From Lachnospiraceae bacterium (GTDB taxonomy: Bacteria > Bacillota > Clostridia > Lachnospirales > Lachnospiraceae), in the NCBI GenBank assembly GCA_024403285.1, contig JAKSSB010000001.1, forward strand, positions 1-50,214: a stretch of DNA of 50,214 nt, read 5' to 3'. Each line of letters starts with the position of its first letter. Within the stretch, counting starts at the first letter, position 1. Shown here piece after piece: positions 36,701-45,700 of this stretch. The notes beneath the pieces are model-generated. The model searched no databases. It was not told the DNA's origin and saw nothing but the letters and a program-made list of their open reading frames with translations. The translations under genes were made by a program, and so were the position numbers.

Positions 36701-39700
36701 TCTGATGTACTTTCCGACATAAGCATCCGTTAAGGTAAAGGATGCGCCTGTGGCTCCGTTAATTGCAGTAAATCCGCTTGTTGCATTGTCTGATACCATC
36801 CAGTTGTATGAAGCGGTTGCGCCTGCGGGAGCAACAGTATTTACAGAAAGAGTGCTTCCTGCCATTGCTCTTCCGTTAATTGTAACGCTCTCAAGTGCTA
36901 CCAAAGGCTTGGTTCCGATGGTTGTATAAACATTGCACTTTAACTCTGCAGGGAGTCCTGCAGGATATACATTCTTGCCGGCTTCGCTTACATATTCCGC
37001 AACGAACTTATAAGATGACTTATAATTCATGTTCTCAAATACAACCGATGTACCGCTTGTTGTCATGCTGTCAACGAATGCACCTGTTGAAGCATCGTAA
37101 CATGAAATCTTAACGCCGCTTAAGTTGTATCCGCTTGCAAGTGCAGCAGGCAGTTTGCCTTTCGGATATGCAAAGCTTACAGTAATTGAATCGCTGTTTC
37201 CGGTCTTCCACTCAGCCTTGAGATTTGAAATGGATTTAACATAGAAACAATCCGCATCAAGTTCATATGAAACTGCTGAAGTTGCAACACCTTCCAGCTC
37301 TGTTCCGTTCAGAGGAACGATAACGCCGTCTTTCTTGATTGCCCAAACAGCAAATTCTGCATTTGAGCCGGTAACTTTAATCGTGAATGTTTCGTTTTCG
37401 ACAACATCAATTCCGTTCGTAGCACCAACACTGTTAACTTTTACGGAATTCACAGTATCTTCTGCCGAAAGTTCATATCCGGAAGGTAATACGCTCGATT
37501 TAATATCGATTCTGTATTTCGGTGCTTCTTTTCTGATTATGACGATTGTATACTCGTTGGTTCTGCCATCAAATGAAACAGTAACCTTAACTGTATTCTC
37601 TCCAACCTTCAGATCATCAACGGTTGCGGTAAGTGTCTTGCTTCCGTCAATTGTTGCCACAGCTTCCTCTGCATAAGTTTCAAGCTTAATATCAGCTGAT
37701 GTAACATCGTGTGCAACATAAGCGTTGAATGTTGTAAATCCGTCTCCGGCTTCCGTTCTGTTTCCGTTAAGTGTCACTGCTTTGAGCAATGCACCGTCTT
37801 CTTTTACCGGACCGAATACAGTTGAGTAAACGGTATTATTAAATCTGTCGTTTCCTTTTGCCGCAAGTCTGATGTACTTTCCTAAATAACTGTCTTTAAG
37901 CGTAATCGATTTGCCTGTTTCACCGGTTGATGCAAATCCGCTTGTTGAATTTGAAGCAATCTGCCATTCGTAATCTGCGGTTGCCTTTTCAGGTAAAAGA
38001 CTCTTAATTGAAAGTGTACTTCCAACTCTTGCAATTCCGTCAATTTCAACAGAAGTAAGATTTATTCTCGGTTTAACGCCAAGAGTTGTTGAAACCGGTG
38101 TCTTGTATGACTCGGGAAGTCCTTCGGGATATACGGGACGTAAATCTCCGCTTACGATTTCAGCGGTAAATTTGTATTTGGTATTGTAATCCAGGTTCTC
38201 AAATACAACGCTTAAATCTCCGATTGTAATTGAATTAACTTCCTTGCCGGTTGCGGTTTCGTAACATGTAACCTTAACCTGATCGCAATTGTATGCATCA
38301 CCGAGAGCTGCCGGTTTATTGGATTTACGGTAATTGAATGATACCGTAACGGAATCATCAAATGCTTCCCTGCTCCATGCAGCTTTGATATTAATAACCT
38401 GATATACATAGAAGCAGTCTGCATCAAGTGTATAAACCGTATTCTTTGATGATGTTCCCTCAATGCTGTTCGTGCTTCCGAAAGGAACAAGTACTCCGTC
38501 AACCTTGATTGCCCATACACCGTACTCGGAATTTGAACCGGTAACGGAAACCGTATAAGCCTCGTCTTTGGTAATCTTAAGAGTTTCTTCCTTGGATTCT
38601 GCGGTAATCGACTTGGTTGTCGTACCGTCTGTCAGATTCAGTTTGTAATTAGCGGGTAAAACATCTGATTTAACTGTAATATCGTATTTGGGAAGTTCTG
38701 CTTTGTTAACGATAACAGTGTATTCATTTGTTCTTCCTTCGAATTCAACGGATACCTTAACGGTATTGTCACCAACCTTCAGGTTACCGACTTTTGCCGT
38801 AAGTGCCTTGTTTCCGTCAATTGTAACTACAGCTTCTTCTGCATAAGTTTCGATTTCAATCGAAGCTTCATCAACATAATATTCTACTTCTGTGCGGAAT
38901 ACTGCGCCGTCACTGTCTGCTGCAAGAACGTTTCCGTTAACACTAACAGCCTTAAGTGTAGCTCCGTCTTCCTTAACCGGTCCTACCACATCCGAGTATA
39001 CCGTCTTGTTATATCTGTCGCTTCCAGTTGCGGCAAGTCTGATGTATTTGCCAAGATAGCTGTCTTTAAGTGTCAGCGTTGAACCGGTCTCGCCTGTTGC
39101 TGCAAATCCGGTTGTTGAGCTTGAAGAAATCTGCCATGAATAATTAGCGGTAGCATTTTCAGGTAAAAGACTCTTAACCGAAAGTGTACTTCCGACTCTT
39201 GCGGTTCCTTCCACTTCAACCTTTGTAAGGTTAAGCAAAGGCTTGTTTGCAACGCTGGTCTGTAAAACTGCTTTCTTTGATTCGGGAAGTCCTTCGGGAT
39301 ATACAGGACGTGAATCACTGCTTGCATATTCAGCCTTGAATGTATATCCGAGTTTGTACTCCAGATTCTCAAATACTACGCTTGCATCCTTCGTTGTTAC
39401 GGATTTGACTTCCTTACCGGATGCTGTCTCATAGCATGTAAATTTAATACTGTCATTGTTATACGCATCACTGAGTGCTGCTGGCTTAATTCCTCCCGGA
39501 TATGTAATGCTTACGGTAACGGAATCATCAAGTCCCGAACCCCAGGTTGCTTTAATATTTCCGAGCGACTGTACATAGAAGCAGTCAGCATCGAATGTGT
39601 ATACGGTATTCTTCGTTGACTTAAAGGTTGTGCTGTCACCTTTCTCAAAAGGAACAATTACACCATCGGCCTTAACTGCCCAAACTCCGTATGCGACGCT

Positions 39701-42700
39701 CGAATCCGAAACAGAAACGGTATATTCTTCGTTTTCTGTAATCTGAAGAGTTGTCTCTGCTGAAACGGAATTAAGATTTATGGCTTTCGAACCGCTTGCT
39801 ATTCTGACTACGATATTTGAAGGTAAAACATCTGCCTTAACCTTAATATCATACTTGGGAGGCTCGGCTCTGTTAACGGTTACGGTATATTCGTTTGATC
39901 TTCCTTCGAATGTAACCGCAATCTTAACAACGTTGTCTCCTACAACAAGATTTCCAACCGTAGCCTCGAAACCGTTCGTGCCGTTGATTGCAACAACAGC
40001 ATCCTCAGCATAAGTTTCAGCGGTAATCTTAACTTCTGTTGTTTTGTTATCTACGTTTACTGTAAATGATTTTGCATCTTTAACTTCAGTCTTTTCACCG
40101 TTTACGGTAAAAGATTTAAGTTTGGAGCCATCTTCTTTTACCGGTCCGACTGCTTCGGTAAAATACTCACCGCTGTATCTGTCGGTACCTCTTGCTTTAA
40201 CTCTGATATACTTGCCGACATACCCGTCAAGCAGAGTGAGCTCTTCACCTTCTGCGCCAAGAGCCGTGAATCCGCTTTCTGCGCTGTCTGAAATCTGCCA
40301 CTCGTATTCTGCGGTTGCACCTGCGGGTTTAAGATTTGTAACCGAAAGTTTATTTCCTGCTCTTAACTTGCCTGAAACTTCAACGCTCTCGATATTAACC
40401 AGAGGCTTTGTTCCGACTGAAGTTCTTACGATTGCCTTAAACTCATCGGGAAGTCCGACAGGATATACGCGATGTGAAGAATCTCCTGCATACTCAACGG
40501 TAAAGTCATATGAACCTTTGGGCTCGAGATTTGCAAAATGTACTGATGTATCGGGTGTAACAACAGAATCTATCATTGCACCTGTTGAAGCATTATAGCA
40601 AATAACTTTGACCTCACCGTAATAGTAATCCAGATAACTGAGCGGTGTGGGAACCTCTCCGCCGGGATAATCAAACGATACCGTTACTTTGTCACTGCCG
40701 TCTGCGTCCCAGGCTGCTTTAAGATTGGTAACTCCCTTTACATAGTAACAGTCTGCATCAATCGTATAATCGACAGCTGCGGTACAGGTGCCTTTTACTT
40801 CTCCGTTACCGTCAAGAGGCTCAATAACACCATTCTTCTTAACGGCCCATATACCGTATACTTCGTTGGAGCCTTTTACTTTGACGGTATAGTCTTTATT
40901 GATTTCAACAGATGCTGAAATTCTGGAATTCTCATTTGAGGTTTCGGAATAAAGATTGTTGGCTTCGTTTCTTACCTCGAGTGTATATCCTTCCGGCAGA
41001 ACGGAAGCTTTTAAGCCTATCGAATATTTCGGAAGATCTTTTCTCGTAACAAGAATAGAGTAATCTTTTGTCAGACCTTCACAGGAAACAGTCACGTTAA
41101 ACCAATTGATTCCGACTGCAAGATTAGCATCCTTCAATTCAGCTCCTTCAACTCCGTTTATAGTAATTACAGCATCGGATGAAGAAGGAACCAGGGTAAG
41201 ATCAGCTTTTGAAACTGCATTTTCAACATTTATATATATTGCGGTGGCTGTATTTGATACAGTCGTTGTTGAACCGTTGAAAATAACAGACTTCAAATTT
41301 GCGGGATTTGCTTCAACAGGTCCCAGTACATTTGAATAAACCGTTCCTTTGTATTCTCCGGTTCCGGTTATTCTGATTCTGATGTATTTGCCTACATGGT
41401 TATCCTGAAGAGTAATGCCCTTGAGATTTCCGAGGTACATGCTCTTGAAATCGGTTGTGGGATTATCTGAATACTGCCAGTCGAAATCCACGCTGGAGGC
41501 AGCACCCTCAGGCAGAATTTCATCTACTTTCAATGTAAGACCTGCCATAGGCTTGCCTGAAATGGTAACACTTTCAACCGAATCAAGCGCTTTACCGGAA
41601 ACTGTGAATTTGGTAACAACATTTCCCAACTCATCATATAAGAACTTGTAGGAACCGCTCTTCTTCATAGTAGTGCCGACCGGATCTACAACTGAATCTT
41701 CCTTATACGATAAGTTGTAGTTACCTCCGGTTGCAATAGCAGCACCACTGCCTGCATTTTCCGCAGACAATGAGCCTTCAACCGAAATATTGTACGTAGA
41801 GCAGATTGTAGCCTTTGCATATCCTACAGGCGTATTCGAACTATTCTTGGCGGATACGCTTCCGCTTCCGTATACCTGGAGATTTCCTGCATAAACATAA
41901 ACAGCATTTACCGGAGAAGCAGTCTCGGCGGTAAGAGAGCCAAGAACGTATAAGCTTCCGTACTGTACCGTAATAAGAGGATAAACGGTGTCGCTCGCAA
42001 GACACTTACAGTTCAGCGAACCGGTCTCACCTACCGTTACAGTCTGTTGAACGTTGATTGCACTTCCTTCATCTACGGTAATATTCATCTCACCGTCGAT
42101 AAAAAGTTCAGCTCTGGAATTATAACCGTATGTATTTGCACCTACGGAAACCCCTTCCGGAGCTTTGTGACAGATTGCATTCAGGGATGAAGTCGCATCT
42201 ACATATAATGTTCCGAATGCTCCTCCGCCTTTTATAGCACCCGTTCCCTCAAAATTCAGCTTACCGTTTTCTTTAACATACATATTTCCGCTTGAATCTG
42301 AGAAATACATTGCATTCTTTGTTCGAATTGATTCAATGTTTACTTCCGCATTATTTATTTCGAACGAACCGCCAAAATACATGGCATTATCGCTTGAAAA
42401 AGTCTTTACGTCCACTACGGCACCACCGGTGATGGTCGTCATATTCGATACATTCGATGCATCGAATACTTCCGATGTAGCCTGCTCATTCATATTCTCT
42501 ACAAGAAGAGTACCTTTTCCGGAAACTTCCAATGTTCTGGCTTTGCTTCCGCCTGATACCTGCAATGCTCCGTTGTCTCTGCCTTTGACCACGTTATACG
42601 ATCCATCGGTCATAACAATCTTCGTGCCGTAAGGAACCCACAGACCGTTATATCTGTCTGAATAAATATACGTATTATCAAGAGTAAGAGTCTGAGTATT

Positions 42701-45700
42701 CATATCCCAGGTTATTCCGTATTTCTTGAAATATTCGGAATCTGTACCAAAGGAAGATGTGTTGTACTGAACTTCGAAAGCTTTGTTCATAAGCTCTCTT
42801 CCTTCGGGCATTACGTACACTGCAATAAGCTCGCTTTCGACAGACAGTTCGGTATTTCCGTCCTTGACTTTGGCAACAACGTAGTAGAGTTGCTCTCCGC
42901 GTTCATTCAAAGGAACCAGGTCTTCGGAATCACCGACTTTCTTAGTATTCTTCTTGGACCAGTCGGATGATTTATACCATTCGTATGAAATCTCAGCCTT
43001 GTCGGATACCCCAAAAGCACGCACTTTGGCATTTAATGTTTCGATAGAATTTTCATTCATGAAGAGTGCATTCTCCGGAAGCGAAGTAAATGCCAGGAAC
43101 GGATCCGAATCAGGTTTAATCTTGATTTCGGCACACTCTTTTGAATTTGAATCGTAATACTTCGTGTTACTGTAGGTACAGTCTGCGGGGTATGTAATTT
43201 CACTTCCGTTAAGGTTCACGCGTCCAATCAATGCATGTGCGTCCTCACCGAATGCCTTAAGATTCAGCTCAGCATGATTTACCTCGATTCCCGAAGTTGC
43301 ATCGTTTGCAGGATTGGCCAAAGAAATTACGTAAGCTTTGTAGAAACCATCATATACAACGGCATCCAGAACGAAGCCGGCATTGAAATTCACTCTGGCA
43401 AAACCGCCTATTGCACAGGAATCGCTTTCGATGATTAATCTTCCACATCCGGAAAATGTAATATCACGTTTACCGGTTGTATAGCTTGTCAAAATACCAT
43501 TCATTTCTGAACGAATATAACTTTCCGTTCCGTCTTCAACCACTACTCTTACTCCGGGAGAAGTCAGCAATCCGGATCTGATATATGCATTTGACAACGT
43601 CAGTGTTTTTGTTTCGCAATCCCATTTTAAACCATACTCATCATAGTAATCATAGGACACATCGCTCGAGAATTCGAAATACTCTCCACTTGTTTTCAAA
43701 TCGAAAATCTCATGATTTTCATAGATGACTTCAAGTTCAAAGGAATCTGACTCACTCACTTTTTCGCCGTTAATAATTCTGGCTTTATATAAATATCTTC
43801 CGACTTCCGAAGCAGGAACTCTGTATTCCGAAGCAGTTGCTCCGGTAATTTTCGAATAAGTTCTTGTTCCGTAATCATACTTATACCATTCAAATGAAAG
43901 AGAAGGATTTCCGTTAACGGTATGATAGTCTACGGAAAGAGTTGCATTATCTCCGCGTCTGATTACGGGAGTATCAATTTCTTCTCCGTCATCTGTAAGT
44001 TTCACACCATCAATTACTACATAAGCATCCTTATCGGGAATGATTGAAACCTCACCGACAGGAGTTCCGTCGGCGTTTACAAGTTTTCCTTCAGTGAAAA
44101 CGGCATCAGCGGGCTTGTCTATAACCGTACCGATCAGTCTTAATTCCTCGGCCGCAATTACACCTAAATCATTGCCCTTTATATTAATCGAGCTTTCTCT
44201 GAATATAATTCGTTTTGATGAACGAACTATTGAATTAGCTGTAGTAGAAGCGGATGCATCAATATTGATTTCCGAATTGTTTATAAATTCAATATTGCCA
44301 TAGGCGCTGATACAATCATAAGCGTCACCCTTCTGAACAATGTTAAAGACGGAATTATCTGTAATGAGTCCCTGGCATAACAGTGCATTGCCGGCACAAT
44401 CAATATCAAATGTGGAATCAACAACATTCAGCGAGACGCCGCTCATGTTAAGTCCTTCCGTTCTCTTTCCGGTTGCGCAAAGGTTGAGTGTAGAATTATC
44501 AAAATTAGCAACTCCATCAGAACTACTCATATAAATCAGAATCTGATCTGCGTTTTCTGTCAAATCGGCATCAACCGTAATGGCTGAATCTTTAACAAGA
44601 ATTGAATATCCGTTTAAACTGAAAGCACAGTCAGATGAGGTGTACTTACCGGATACCTTGATATCCGAGTTATCAATCAGAACATCTCCGCTATACATTC
44701 TGAGAATACTGCTTGATGAAGAATCACTCTTAGCTTCGATACTACTGTTCTTTGCAGTTAATCCTCCGTCGGCGTATAATGCAGTGCCTGACTTTGCCTC
44801 AAATACAGCTTCTGTATCGTTAATTATCAAATTACCGTCAATAAAAGCGCCATATGAATCACCTTTGACATACACATCATCATTGAATGTAACGGCACCG
44901 CACACATACAAACCGTAACTCCTATCCGAGATGATTTTAACAGTTTTATTGAAAGTGGTGTTGCAATTGCTCGAACTATTGTAAAATGCATATCCGTTTG
45001 CAGTATTAATATCTATCGGAACATCAATCGTTATATCCGAACCTGTGTAAAAATACGCAATAGTCGCACTGTTCGTCGGATTAGTACTACGCATGAATAA
45101 TTTACCGTCACCGTAAATCGTTGTCGGTTTGTCGTAGACACTGTTACTTTCATAGAAGCAACTTCCGCCTCCACGGGTAATAAGGTAACAGTTTCCTTTT
45201 ACTTCGATATCAACAGGAGCATTATTCTGAGAACTGATATTAAGAGCGGTTCCCGATTCGACATCGAAAAATACCGAATCAAGAACGAGTTTAACCCGTT
45301 CTTCGTTCTCACCGACCTTTATTCTTTCCCAGCTCCATCCTTCTTCCTCATTTGACTGTGAAGGAGCATTGTAGTCAAAGTACAACGGTTCCGTTCTGAC
45401 TTTTCTTCCGGCAGAAGCGTTTGGAGATACAACAACTTGCGAAGAATCTGACCATACTGAATTCTTCGATCCAAGCGAAATCAGGCATACCAGCTCATAA
45501 ACTCCGATTTCATCCGAAACAAACGCATATTCGGCAGAATTTGCACCTGATATGGGCGTTTTGCTCTTATCCTCAATCGTATACCACTGATATCCGACAG
45601 TAGCAAGATCCTCTTCAGAACAGTTAATAAATGATGCTTTAACAGAAACACTTACGGGTTTGGAGACTTCCGTTGAAAGTGTTTTCTCCGGCTGAGTTTC

